Shown here: positions 34,689-46,604 of the stretch, piece by piece
How the letters are laid out: each line of letters opens with the position of its first letter
How positions within the stretch are numbered: position 1 is the first letter of the stretch
Source: Anaerolineae bacterium
Lineage (GTDB): Bacteria; Chloroflexota; Anaerolineae; CG2-30-64-16
DNA: 64,000 nucleotides
Direction: 5' to 3'
NCBI GenBank assembly: GCA_034432655.1
Contig: DAOUBP010000162.1
Location: 18,827 to 82,826, forward strand
Notes under the pieces: model-generated
Databases searched by the model: none
What the model was told of the DNA's origin: nothing
Seen by the model: the letters and a program-made list of their open reading frames with translations, nothing else
Translations under genes and position numbers: made by a program

Positions 34689-36305
34689 ATGACAGCAGTG
34701 ATGGATGATACAACTTTCGACTACATTGTGATCGGCTCGGGCTTCGGTGGCAGTGTTTCTGCCATGCGGCTGGCAGAGAAAGGCTACCGGGTGCTGGTGT
34801 TGGAACAGGGCAAGCGTTATCGCGACGAGGACTTTGCCACCACTAACTGGCAGATCTGGAAGTACCTCTGGCTCCCGCCGCTGCGGTGTTACGGCATCTT
34901 AGAGCTCACTCCGTTTCGCAATGTGGTGGTATTGCACGGCAACGGTGTGGGGGGTGGCAGCCTCGGCTATGCGAATGTGCTGACCGAACCCGACCCCAAA
35001 CTGTTCGACGCGCCCGCCTGGCGGCATCTGGCGGACTGGCAACGCATCCTCCGCCCTCACTACGAAACCGCCAAGCGCATGCTGGGAGTTACTACCAACC
35101 CGTGCCTGTGGCCGGCCGATCACATCATGAAAGAGATTGCCGCAGGACTCGGGCGGCCCGAAGACTGGCACCCCACTTCGGTCGGTGTCTTCTTCGGCCC
35201 CGAGGGCGTAGAAGTGCCCGACCCCTACTTCGGCGGGCAGGGGCCGGCACGGCGCGGCTGTACCCACTGCGGTGCCTGCATGGTGGGTTGTCGCTATAAC
35301 GCCAAGAACACCCTGGTGAAGAACTATCTGTATTTTGCCGAGAAATGGGGTGCCGAGGTGCGCGCCGAGGCTCAAGTGACCGAAATCCGGCCGCTGGGGG
35401 CCAATCAGCCGGACGGTGCGCGCTACGAAGTAATTTATCGCAAAACTACCAATCCTCTGGCCCCACGCCGTAGCGTACGCGGCCGCAACGTGATCCTGGC
35501 GGCCGGCGTGATCGGCACATTGCGCCTGCTCTTCCGCTGCCGGGACATCCTGCGCACGCTGCCCCACATCTCGCCGCGGCTGGGCGACATGGTGCGCACC
35601 AACAGCGAATCGCTGACCGGTGTCATTGATCGGGATGCGGAATTCGACTTCTCCAAAGGTATCGCCATCACCTCGATCCTCCGTGCCGATGAGGTGACCT
35701 ATGTGGAACCGGTGCGCTACCCGGCCGGCTCATCGCTGATGCGTTTTCTAGCCGGCCCGATGATCGAGGCGGGGAACAATGTGGTCGAGCGGTTTGCCAA
35801 GGTGCTGGGCAAGACATTCCGTTACCCGGCCGATAGCTTCAGGCTGGCACTGAAACCCGGTTGGGCCAACCGCACCACCATCCTGCTCACCATGCAGACC
35901 AAAGACACGCACATGCGCGTGCGCTTGGGCCGCCACCTGCTCACTCTCGGCCGGCGTGGTCTGGTCTCCCGGCTTGACGATGGGCAACAAGAGATGGGAC
36001 AGGTGGCACAGGCCCATGAACTGACCTATGCCTTTGCCGACAAGATCAAAGGTGTCCCGGCTGCCTCCATCACCGAATCCCTTTTCAATGTGCCCATGAC
36101 AGCACACATCCTGGGCGGTACGCCGATAGGACGAAACGCTGAGGAAGGGGTCGTCGGCCTCGATTTTCAGGTACACAACTATCCTGGCCTGTACGTAATA
36201 GACAATTCGGTCATGCCGGCCAATCCGGGGGTGAACCCAAGCCTTACCACCACAGCGCTGGCAGAATACGCCATGAGCCATGTGCCGCCGCGTTCGGGGC
36301 GGTAA
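34689..36305 (+). CDS. GMC oxidoreductase, cholesterol-oxidase (ChoD)-like
   Basis: IGSGFGGSV, GVGGGSLGYAN, CTHCGACMVGC, KNTLVKNYL, TAHILGG, NPGVNPSLT. Confidence 0.9.
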   Translation: MTAVMDDTTFDYIVIGSGFGGSVSAMRLAEKGYRVLVLEQGKRYRDEDFATTNWQIWKYLWLPPLRCYGILELTPFRNVVVLHGNGVGGGSLGYANVLTEPDPKLFDAPAWRHLADWQRILRPHYETAKRMLGVTTNPCLWPADHIMKEIAAGLGRPEDWHPTSVGVFFGPEGVEVPDPYFGGQGPARRGCTHCGACMVGCRYNAKNTLVKNYLYFAEKWGAEVRAEAQVTEIRPLGANQPDGARYEVIYRKTTNPLAPRRSVRGRNVILAAGVIGTLRLLFRCRDILRTLPHISPRLGDMVRTNSESLTGVIDRDAEFDFSKGIAITSILRADEVTYVEPVRYPAGSSLMRFLAGPMIEAGNNVVERFAKVLGKTFRYPADSFRLALKPGWANRTTILLTMQTKDTHMRVRLGRHLLTLGRRGLVSRLDDGQQEMGQVAQAHELTYAFADKIKGVPAASITESLFNVPMTAHILGGTPIGRNAEEGVVGLDFQVHNYPGLYVIDNSVMPANPGVNPSLTTTALAEYAMSHVPPRSGR

Positions 36306-36402
36306 GAAAAGTCGACGGCCAGACCGGGATGGACGGCAGGCCACTTGACAAAGAACCGTTGCTCCATTATGCTTTTCGCCAATTGAATTCAGGGAGCATG
36401 GT

Positions 36403-36915
36403 ATGGCATATCCGGTTGTTGAGTTGGATCCCGTCACCCACATCACTGCGGGCGCGCTGGGCAGGCCGGGCCACCGCACCTTTTTTATCCAGGCCGAACG
36501 CGGGCTGGATCGCGTAACGCTGCTTTGTGAAAAGGAGCAGGTGCTGGCGCTGGCCGAGGCCATTGATGAGATGCTCGAAAATCTGGAAGAGGAGTTCGGC
36601 CTGGCACGTCACGAGGGGCTCAAGGTGGACGACGTCGCCATGAGCATCAAAGAGCCGGTGGACCCGCTGTTCCGCGTGGGGGCGATGGGCCTGGGCTATG
36701 ACGCGAACCGCGATCGCATCCTGCTGGTAGCCCAGGAAGTGCTGGATGAAGAAGCCGAAGCGGATCCGCGGGAGGCCCGTTTCTACGCCACCCGCGCTCA
36801 GATGCAGGCGCTCAGCATTTACGCCCGCGGCGTGGTGGAAAAGGGGCGCACCCCCGATCAGGTGGTGCTCCAGGCCGAGGCGTATGTGCGTCGGAATGGA
36901 CATGGAGACGGATAG
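36403..36915 (+). CDS. DUF3090-like protein
   Basis: HITAGALGRPGHRTFFIQA, EKEQV, EPVDPLFRVG, LGYD, VEKGR, RRNGH. Confidence 0.8.
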   Translation: MAYPVVELDPVTHITAGALGRPGHRTFFIQAERGLDRVTLLCEKEQVLALAEAIDEMLENLEEEFGLARHEGLKVDDVAMSIKEPVDPLFRVGAMGLGYDANRDRILLVAQEVLDEEAEADPREARFYATRAQMQALSIYARGVVEKGRTPDQVVLQAEAYVRRNGHGDG

Positions 36916-36941
36916 ACACCGGACAGGCCGACAAAGCATGG

Positions 36942-36975
36942 ACGGCTCGCCCGAGTTGGGTGGGCCGTTTTATTT
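36942..36975 (+). terminator. Intrinsic terminator
   Basis: ACGGCTCGCCC/GGGTGGGCCGT stem (with G-U pairs) followed by TTTATTT. Confidence 0.6.
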
Positions 36976-37065
36976 GGCGCAGGTTTCGGCAATCGTCCGC
37001 TCCCCTACGTTTCCCCGCGCCACTCTATGATACATTCTGGTACACAGAGTCATAAGTCACGCCAT

Positions 37066-37128
37066 TACGCAATACGCAGTACGCAATACGCAGTACGCAG
37101 TACGCAATACGCAGTACGCAGTACGCAA
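37066..37128. repeat. Tandem heptamer array (TACGCAR)9
   Basis: Nine units TACGCAA/TACGCAG. Confidence 0.92.
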
Positions 37129-37142
37129 TCCCGGAGCCATCC

Positions 37143-39284
<2,142 letters not shown>

Positions 39285-39312
39285 TCGGGCGCAGTATTTT
39301 CAAGTGTGAAAG

Positions 39313-41187
39313 TTACCGGTGTGCCGGGCTGATCGTTATGACGTGCTGGCGCCGCTCAAGACCATGCCGATAGATCAGCCGCTGCCGCCCCCGGTCTTGT
39401 TCGAACGTCCCGTCGCTCACCGCAACCCGGTAGCCGTCAGGATACTGCAACGCTGGCACGAAGATCTCGGTGGGTGCAACGACTTGCGGGTCATGCCGAA
39501 ACTCGAACGTGAAGGTGCGACGTTTCAGGTCGAATGCCATGCGCAGCGGTTCACCGGCAACTGCCAGCGGGTAGGGCCGCACTACTGCCTGCAAGGCACG
39601 GCCGCCGGAGTTGATGTCGGCAGGGTCATCCTGTTGATCGCGACTGAAGATCGAGAAGTCCTCCCCATTCCAACCGTCGCCGTGGGCATTGGTGTTGTCA
39701 GCCGTGTAGTTCCACAGGGTGCAACTTAACAGGTTTTCTTCCACAGAACGGAAGCTGCGATCCAAAGCCCTGATCTGTGCGCCGAAGTCGCCTGTGTCAT
39801 AGGCCTTTTTGTCATCCAGGTCGAACGGGATGCCGAACTCTCCCAACAGGACCGGCATCCCGGCTCCTTCCGCCTCACGCCTGAGATCTGCGAGTTGTGC
39901 TGTAAACGACCTGCGGATAGGGCCGGGCAGGAAAATCGGTTTCCGGGTACGAACATCAACCGCCAGGAAGGGGCTGAAGTGCTTGGTCATCAGCACATAG
40001 GCGTCGTACCAGTGCGGCGCGTAGACGAAGCCTTGCGCGGAGTCGTGCCATGAGGGCAGCGAAGTGCCCGGAGGGGGTTCCAGGAAGATCACTGCTCTGG
40101 GATCAACGGCATGAATGGCTCGGGCAAAACGTTCCGCAAAGGGCCGGTAGTAATCTCTGCCGAAATCTACCGGCCGCCCTGCCACCTGGCAGAAATGGTC
40201 GGGGCGAACCAGACGCGGCCGGCCAGCAGCATCCAGATCCCATACGCCGTTCTGACGCCAGATGCAGTCGTGGCCGTCCTGCCAAACGCGTTGCCTGTTC
40301 TTGTTCAGCAAACGCGTCCCCTTCCGCTGGATGCTGAGGAGGCCTAGCTCCCAAACGCCCACTTCCTGCGCCATGCCAGCGCCGAGCAGCATCCCCTGAA
40401 AGGGGGTGGGGCAGGCGCCGAGCAGCACGGGGCCGCCCGGGGCATTCAAATCGCGGCAGCCGATGTAGCCGGGCAACGGCTCGTTCATGGTATCATAGCC
40501 GACCACGTTGGGGAGGTCTGCCAGACGCAGCGCCACCTGTTGGATCGCTGCGATATAATGCCGCTGCAGGAATTCCTGGACCGGCTCACCGGCCACCCTG
40601 GTCTCTGGCGCAAAGTCGTTCCCGCCGAAGAACAGGGTGAACATCGTGGCCGCAGCCAGCTTCCCCCCGTTGGTCGGCCAGATCATCTTGGGAAAAGGGT
40701 CGCCGTGGGTTGCGTGCACGATGGCGGCGCCGGTCTCCGCAAAACGGGTGATGTCGAACCCGACAGCTTCCAGCGTCCAACCGGGCGCGCCGTCACCGCC
40801 GGTAAAGCGGCTCCAAACATCTTGATGGGGATCAATGAAGAGGTCAATGCCGTGCTCGGCGGCCTTCTTCACAACTGCACGTACATAATCGAGATACGCT
40901 TCGTCGTAAAGGCCCGGCCCGGCGTGCTCAATGGCCTCCCAGGTGACCAGGAAACGCAAAAAGGTGAACCCCCAAGCGGCCAGGCGGCCAAGGTGCTCAT
41001 CGGCCTCGGCCAGCGGAAACGGCCGGCCGACGAACGAGACGTCTCGATGCGCGAAGAAACCCTCGCGGCGATGGGTCGCGCCGTCCGGCCGGCTGGGGAC
41101 TTTGCTGCTGCCGCCCAGGTTGACCCCGCGCAACATAAGGGTGCGGCCATATTCGTCTCGAAAATGGGGACCAGTAATGCGGATCAT
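39313..41187 (-). CDS. GH5 glycoside hydrolase (endoglycoceramidase/steryl-beta-glucosidase-like)
   Basis: LRGVNLGG, TWEAIEH, DPHQDVWSR, GYDTMNEP (acid/base), LLGEFG (nucleophile), WNYTADN; start could be 41217. Confidence 0.88.
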   Translation of the reverse strand: MIRITGPHFRDEYGRTLMLRGVNLGGSSKVPSRPDGATHRREGFFAHRDVSFVGRPFPLAEADEHLGRLAAWGFTFLRFLVTWEAIEHAGPGLYDEAYLDYVRAVVKKAAEHGIDLFIDPHQDVWSRFTGGDGAPGWTLEAVGFDITRFAETGAAIVHATHGDPFPKMIWPTNGGKLAAATMFTLFFGGNDFAPETRVAGEPVQEFLQRHYIAAIQQVALRLADLPNVVGYDTMNEPLPGYIGCRDLNAPGGPVLLGACPTPFQGMLLGAGMAQEVGVWELGLLSIQRKGTRLLNKNRQRVWQDGHDCIWRQNGVWDLDAAGRPRLVRPDHFCQVAGRPVDFGRDYYRPFAERFARAIHAVDPRAVIFLEPPPGTSLPSWHDSAQGFVYAPHWYDAYVLMTKHFSPFLAVDVRTRKPIFLPGPIRRSFTAQLADLRREAEGAGMPVLLGEFGIPFDLDDKKAYDTGDFGAQIRALDRSFRSVEENLLSCTLWNYTADNTNAHGDGWNGEDFSIFSRDQQDDPADINSGGRALQAVVRPYPLAVAGEPLRMAFDLKRRTFTFEFRHDPQVVAPTEIFVPALQYPDGYRVAVSDGTFEQDRGRQRLIYRHGLERRQHVITISPAHR

Positions 41188-41415
41188 GTCCGTTTCTGGG
41201 GTACGGCCTCCAGCCATGCGTCATCTCGACATCGGTCACGCCGTCATAAACGGATAGACCTTTTTGGGCCGCAACGATTCATTCGTACATTATTCTAGCA
41301 TCCTTTGCGGGTCGCAGCAACCCTGGCCCATCCAGTGGGGGTGCATTTTGCGTTGTGGGCAAGAAGTGGTAGAGCGTCCAGAACTGAAACACATCCCATC
41401 CAGAAAGGATGCACT

Positions 41416-42285
41416 ATGATCGTCGTCCTGGGCGACATTGCAGTAGACATCATCAGCATCTTGCGCACGCCCCTGTTGCGTGGCAGTGACGCGCCGGCAA
41501 CCGTGCAGTTGATGCCCGGGGGGTCCGGGGCCAACGTTGCCGTGTGGCTGGCGCGCCTGGGCCAGCCGGTCACCTTCATCGGCCGCGTTGGGGATGACCT
41601 TTTCGGCGCCTGGCTACGTGCGGATCTGCGCGCTGAAGGGGTTGAACCGGTGCTGATCACCGATCCGGCGCGGGGCACCGGCGTGATTCAGGTGTTGGTG
41701 GAACCGGACGGCGAACGGACCATGGTGCCCGATCGCGGGGCCAATGCCTGTTGGCAACCTGAAGAAATCCCCCTGGAGGTCATCGCCAGCGCTGAACTGT
41801 TGCACGTGGTCGGCTACATGCTGTTGGACGAGGAGAGCCGGCCCGGCGCGCTGGCCGCCATGGCGCACGCGCGCACCCACGGCGTGCCGGTCAGCCTTGA
41901 CCCCAGTTCACACGGGCCGCTGGCTCGCCTGGGGGTTTCTGGCTTCTGGGAACTGGTCGGTCGCCCCGACATCCTGCTGCCCAACCGCGGCGAAGCGCGT
42001 GCGCTGACAGGCTGCACTGCGCCGGAAGAGATGTTGGCAGCGCTCCGGGGCTGGGCGGACGTGGTCGCCATCAAACTGGACCGGGAAGGGTGTCTGGCCG
42101 CCGCGGGGAGCGAAGTTGTGCGGGTGCCGGCCGCAGAAACACACGTCGTGAACGCGACCGGCGCCGGCGATGCTTTCAACGCCGGCTTTTTAGCCGCCTG
42201 GCTGACAGGGTTGGGCCTGGCGGCCGCGTGCCGCGCCGGGGTCAGGCTGGGCACGTTGGCCGTGACACTGCCGGGTTCGCGGTAG
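41416..42285 (+). CDS. PfkB family carbohydrate kinase
   Basis: GGSGANVA, GRVGDD, PNRGEA, NATGAGDAFNAGF. Confidence 0.92.
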   Translation: MIVVLGDIAVDIISILRTPLLRGSDAPATVQLMPGGSGANVAVWLARLGQPVTFIGRVGDDLFGAWLRADLRAEGVEPVLITDPARGTGVIQVLVEPDGERTMVPDRGANACWQPEEIPLEVIASAELLHVVGYMLLDEESRPGALAAMAHARTHGVPVSLDPSSHGPLARLGVSGFWELVGRPDILLPNRGEARALTGCTAPEEMLAALRGWADVVAIKLDREGCLAAAGSEVVRVPAAETHVVNATGAGDAFNAGFLAAWLTGLGLAAACRAGVRLGTLAVTLPGSR

Positions 42286-42322
42286 AAACCGTGTGACGGC
42301 GCTGCAAGCTGGCAAACGCAGG

Positions 42323-43171
42323 TCAGGTCCGGATCAACCCCCGCAGCACCCGCAAATTCTCCACATCTTCGTGCATATCCTCGCTCTTGGGCGTCTCCAG
42401 GATCATGGGAACTTGCGCCAAACGCGGATCGTTGAGGAAAAAGCCAAACGCGGATAGCCCAAGCTCGCCGGTGCCGATGTGATCATGGCGGTCAACCCGG
42501 GAGCCGAGCGGCTTTTTGGCATCGTTGAAATGGATGCATTTCAAGCGGTCTAATCCCAGCAACCGGTCAAACTCGGCCATGGTCGCCGCATAAGCCTCCG
42601 GCGTCCGAATATCATAGCCGGCCACAAAGATGTGACAGGTGTCCAGACAAAAACCGATCCGTTCCGGTTCGCGCACCCCTTCGACCATCATCCTCAGCTG
42701 ATCGAAAGTGTAACCCAACACGGTGCCCTGACCGGCCGTTGTCTCCAGCAGCGTCAACGTCTTGTAGCCAGAGGTAGCAGCGTGGGCGCGATCCAGCCCG
42801 GCCACGATGCGGGCGATGCCGGCCTCCTCGCCGCTGTCCATGTGCGCGCCGGGATGGAGCACCACGCCCAGGATGCCGAGCTGCTCAGCGCGGGTTAGTT
42901 CGTCAATCAGCGCGTTGACCGACTTCTCCCACAGCGCATCGTCGGGAGAGCCCAGGTTGAGCAGGTAGGCTGCATGAGAAACCACCGGGCTGATGCCGGT
43001 TTCTGCCTGTGCCCGAAACCAGCGTTCAATCTCCTCCGGCGAGGCAGGTTTCTGCTCCCAGCGGTTCTGGTTCTTGGTGAAAATCTGCATGGTGTTGATG
43101 CCGATCGAACGCGCGCGTTCAAAAGCCAGGCTGAGACCGCCCGCAACAGACATATGTGCGCCAAGAAGCAT
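42323..43171 (-). CDS. nfo: Endonuclease IV
   Basis: GAHMSVAGG, HAAYLLNL, HPG, LETTAGQG, CLDTCH, HFND, DRHDHIG, ILETP. Confidence 0.96.
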   Translation of the reverse strand: MLLGAHMSVAGGLSLAFERARSIGINTMQIFTKNQNRWEQKPASPEEIERWFRAQAETGISPVVSHAAYLLNLGSPDDALWEKSVNALIDELTRAEQLGILGVVLHPGAHMDSGEEAGIARIVAGLDRAHAATSGYKTLTLLETTAGQGTVLGYTFDQLRMMVEGVREPERIGFCLDTCHIFVAGYDIRTPEAYAATMAEFDRLLGLDRLKCIHFNDAKKPLGSRVDRHDHIGTGELGLSAFGFFLNDPRLAQVPMILETPKSEDMHEDVENLRVLRGLIRT

Positions 43172-43208
43172 GTGGGTTCTCCGTGAATGTGCTGAGTAGC
43201 GCGTGCTG

Positions 43209-43763
43209 TCAATCATCTGCCGCTAACGTGAATTGCTGCACGCCGGCTGCCCGGTCCTCAACGCGGCCCATAACAAACAGCAGGGAAGACAAACGGTTCA
43301 AATAGCGCAAAGGCACATCGTCTCGCACCTCGGCCTCATGCGTCAAACGGGCCACCAGGCGCTCGGCGCGGCGGACCACGGTGCGCGCGATCTCAAGCGC
43401 TGCGCCACTGACGCTGTCGCCGGGTACGATGAACGCTTTGGGCATTTCCACCTCGGCGCCCAGTACATCAGTAACCTGCTCCAGCCAGGCAACCCGCTCC
43501 TCGGCCAGCCAGGGGGGGCGGGTGGCCGTCTCGGGCAGGGTGGCCAGGTCGGCCATCAAATTGTAGAGGTCGCGCTGCACGGTCAGGATGAGCTCGCGTA
43601 CGCGCGGATCGTGCACTTGTGCCCGTGCCAGGCCCAGAAAGGCCGAGGCCTCGTCCACGGTCCCGTAAGCCTCGGGGCGCAGCGCGTACTTAGGCACGCG
43701 CTCCCGGCCCAACACGCCCGTGTAACCATCATCGCCGGATTTGGTATACCATTTGATATCCAT
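43209..43763 (-). CDS. pduO: Cob(I)alamin adenosyltransferase, PduO type
   Basis: YTKSGDDGYT, EAYGTVDE, ARTVVRRAER, YLNRLSSLLF. Confidence 0.93.
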   Translation of the reverse strand: MDIKWYTKSGDDGYTGVLGRERVPKYALRPEAYGTVDEASAFLGLARAQVHDPRVRELILTVQRDLYNLMADLATLPETATRPPWLAEERVAWLEQVTDVLGAEVEMPKAFIVPGDSVSGAALEIARTVVRRAERLVARLTHEAEVRDDVPLRYLNRLSSLLFVMGRVEDRAAGVQQFTLAADD

Positions 43764-43773
43764 GTCACCTCAA

Positions 43774-43852
43774 GGAATTGGGAATGGCGAATGGCCGTCA
43801 TTCGTTGATTCAAGATTCGCCAATTCGCTGATTCGAGATTCGCCGCTTCGCC
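43774..43852. repeat. Head-to-head degenerate heptamer array (GAATGG..)/(..ATTCG)
   Basis: GGAATTG GGAATGG CGAATGG followed by repeated ATTCG-containing ~7-nt units. Confidence 0.6.
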
Positions 43853-44290
43853 CTACTTCACGCCAACGCCGAATTGATACACCAGCCTGCCGCCCAGCCA
43901 ACCAGAAACCAGCACCAAGAGCACCACCGCCGACAAAAGGACCAGATAGCCCCAGCGGACGCTGTGGTTGCTGTGCAGCAATTGCCTGTTGCGCAACGGC
44001 CAGTACAACGCCAGGCCAATGGCCACTGCCAACAGGATGCCCGCTGTGATATGCTGGTTGATTAACGCGAGAACTGCTGCTTCTTGCGGCGCGCCGGACT
44101 GATCAATCAACCCGGTGAGAGCGGCTGCCAGCGTACCCAGTCCGCCTAACAGCAAGCTGAGTTGTCCATAGCTGAACCAGCGCTCCTGACGCCTGAGAAG
44201 GCCGATCGCGGCGAACAGAGCCCCGACCAAAGACAGGGCAATGGGGAAATGCACCACGCGCGGGTGAAGAGGAGTCAGCCAGTCCCACAT
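43853..44290 (-). CDS. DUF2231-like membrane protein
   Basis: PLHPRVVHFPIAL, four hydrophobic segments, GWLGGRLVY. Confidence 0.8.
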   Translation of the reverse strand: MWDWLTPLHPRVVHFPIALSLVGALFAAIGLLRRQERWFSYGQLSLLLGGLGTLAAALTGLIDQSGAPQEAAVLALINQHITAGILLAVAIGLALYWPLRNRQLLHSNHSVRWGYLVLLSAVVLLVLVSGWLGGRLVYQFGVGVK

Positions 44291-44303
44291 ATGGCCAGTC
44301 GCC

Positions 44304-45068
44304 TCAGTCCGCTACGACCATCGTCGCCAGGCCGATGGGCCCATATCTGGCCGCCATCAACCGCTCGGCGAAGTGTTTGCCCCGCGGGAGCCCGCCCACG
44401 CGCATTTGATGTGCCACCACCGGCACATCGTAGAACACCCGATGATGTTCTGCGTGCCAGCCGCGGCCATCCCAGGTAAGGATTGCGTACGCGGCCCGCG
44501 GGTCGCCGTCCATCGACAGCCCTGCGCTGGCCACATCCACCAGCCAACGCCCTCGCCAGCGACGCACAAACGGCACGTGCACATGGCCGAACGCTAAGAC
44601 CTCCCAATCGGGTTCGCCGCGTTCCAACAACAAAAGGTCCAGCTCATCCTCCGGCATTTTCGGGACGATGGCGCGTTCCAGGTCCCAGGGATTGGCGTGT
44701 ACGATCAACAGGTCATGCCCGGGTGCTGGCGAAATGCGATGTGCAAAGGGTAGATTGGCCAGATATGCCGTCCGTGCGGGGCCCAGCTGTTCACACATCC
44801 AGGTGAGATGGGCGGAAAAACGTTCCTCGTTCTTGCCGGGTGGCGTCTCGTGCGCCGCTCGTCGGAAAAACGCGTCGGTGTTGCCCTGAAGCACCACGGC
44901 CTCCAAATCTCGCACCCGATCCACCACTTCCGCCGGCCAGGGGCCCGACCAAACCAGGTCGCCCGCCACGATTACTTGATCAAACGGACCTTGCCTGGCC
45001 ATATCGGCCAGCACTGCTTCGAGTGCCACGAGGTTGCCGTGGATATCGGACAACAACGCCACACGCAT
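44304..45068 (-). CDS. Metallophosphoesterase (calcineurin-like)
   Basis: LSDIHGN, AGDLV, QGNTD, VHAN, FGHVH. Confidence 0.9.
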   Translation of the reverse strand: MRVALLSDIHGNLVALEAVLADMARQGPFDQVIVAGDLVWSGPWPAEVVDRVRDLEAVVLQGNTDAFFRRAAHETPPGKNEERFSAHLTWMCEQLGPARTAYLANLPFAHRISPAPGHDLLIVHANPWDLERAIVPKMPEDELDLLLLERGEPDWEVLAFGHVHVPFVRRWRGRWLVDVASAGLSMDGDPRAAYAILTWDGRGWHAEHHRVFYDVPVVAHQMRVGGLPRGKHFAERLMAARYGPIGLATMVVAD

Positions 45069-45108
45069 CTTTGCGCTCCTTCCCCGTGGATAGGAAAACA
45101 GATTGCGC

Positions 45109-45954
45109 TTACTTGCGGATCAACGCTGCGCCCAGCGCTCCTGGCCCGGCATGGGCAGCAAAAGCAGGGCCGGCCTCCACCACGATGATCTCGTTAACTG
45201 CCTGGTTGGCCGCAGAAGAAATCCGACTCACCAGATCGGAAACTGCATCACAACCGCGCGTGTAAGCCGCGGCCAGTGCAGCCACGGGCAACCGGCTGCG
45301 CACCTCGTCCTCCAGCTTTTGCAGCGCATTGCGGGTGGAGCGGGTGATGGTCACCAGACGAAATTCGCCGTTGCACATCTCCAGCACCGGCTTGACGCGC
45401 AACATGCGCGCCGCCCGATCAATCAACGGGATGATACGATCCAGGCGGCCGCCGCGGCGCACCCACTCCAACGTGTCCAGCACGAAGATGATCGAGGTGC
45501 GCTCGCGCAAATTTTCGACCACTTGTTGGATGAAATCGGCGCTCCGGCCGGCCAGCGCCTCCTTCGCCGCAGTCAATACCTGCAAACCCATCCCCAGGGA
45601 GAAGGAACCGGTGTCCAATACCCGTACTCGCTCCCCGAAATCCTGGGCGGCTAACAAGGCGGCGTTATAGGTTCCGCTGTGTTTGCCGGGCAACGTCATG
45701 CAGATCACATCATAGCCCGCAGCCACCAGCTTCTGAAAAACTCGATAGAAGGTGCCGGGCGCGGGGGAAGAGGTGCCGGGCGCCTGGTCCGAGCTGCTGG
45801 CCCGCTGCCAGAACTCCTCGTTGGTCAGGGTATCGCTGGCGATCATCTCCTGCCCAAACCGCACGAGGACCGGGACGATGGTGATCTGATATTGATCTGC
45901 CAGGGCTGGGGGCAGATCACATCCGCTATCCGCAACGATACGCACGCTTCTCAT
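45109..45954 (-). CDS. DegV family fatty-acid-binding protein
   Basis: IVADSGCDLP, TSSPAPG, SGTYNAA, DTLEWVRRGGR, AHAGPGALG. Confidence 0.92.
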   Translation of the reverse strand: MRSVRIVADSGCDLPPALADQYQITIVPVLVRFGQEMIASDTLTNEEFWQRASSSDQAPGTSSPAPGTFYRVFQKLVAAGYDVICMTLPGKHSGTYNAALLAAQDFGERVRVLDTGSFSLGMGLQVLTAAKEALAGRSADFIQQVVENLRERTSIIFVLDTLEWVRRGGRLDRIIPLIDRAARMLRVKPVLEMCNGEFRLVTITRSTRNALQKLEDEVRSRLPVAALAAAYTRGCDAVSDLVSRISSAANQAVNEIIVVEAGPAFAAHAGPGALGAALIRK

Positions 45955-46174
45955 GGCTCCTCCAAGAGTGTATGATGAAAATAAGGGAACGATGGCGGCA
46001 GCAGCCTTGACAACCAGGCGCACAGGCTGGAGCACAAGTATCGTTGCAACCTTATACTTTGCTCAATTATACCACCGGTCGCAGTAAGCGCAATCACAGT
46101 AGGGCAACTCCTTGCGGAGTTGGGCCACTGTTACTGCACCCGGCCCAAAAGACGTTGCCGCCAGGCACACTTTA

Positions 46175-46183
46175 TGTTACAAT
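46175..46183 (+). promoter_or_regulatory. Extended -10 element TGtTACAAT
   Basis: Upstream of the 46224-48309 plus-strand gene run. Confidence 0.45.
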
Positions 46184-46223
46184 CTCGCCTGTCGGATGAG
46201 GTGGAGCATCAGGGAGGTGAATC

Positions 46224-46586
46224 ATGCGGCCCAAGATCGAAGAGACCTGGTTCGGCAGCATCACGGTTGAAGGAAGGCGTTACGAGCACGACATCATCAT
46301 TCGCCTTAGCGGAAAGGTGCGCAAGCGCAACAAGCAACTTTCCAAAGCCGTCTACGGCACCTCGCATACTCTCAGCCTGGCCGAGATCAAAGACTTGCAC
46401 CGCAAGAAAGCGGAACGGATCATCATCGGCACAGGGCAGGAGGGCCAGGTGCATCTGTCGCCCGAGGCTGCCGAATTCCTGAAAGAGAAAGGTTGCCAGG
46501 TTGACCTCTGGCCGACCCCCGAAGCCATCAAACACTGGAACAAAGCAGAGGGCAAGGTGCTGGGCCTGTTCCACGTCACCTGCTGA
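46224..46586 (+). CDS. Mth938-like (DUF498) protein
   Basis: FGSITVEG, IIIGTGQEG, TPEAIKHWN, GLFHVTC. Confidence 0.85.
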   Translation: MRPKIEETWFGSITVEGRRYEHDIIIRLSGKVRKRNKQLSKAVYGTSHTLSLAEIKDLHRKKAERIIIGTGQEGQVHLSPEAAEFLKEKGCQVDLWPTPEAIKHWNKAEGKVLGLFHVTC

Positions 46587-46604
46587 GGCTAAAGGAGCAC
46601 AAGG

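Noticed and set aside
37066-37128. Heptamer arrays as CRISPR
   Set aside because: 7-bp tandem units with no unique spacers; no cas genes
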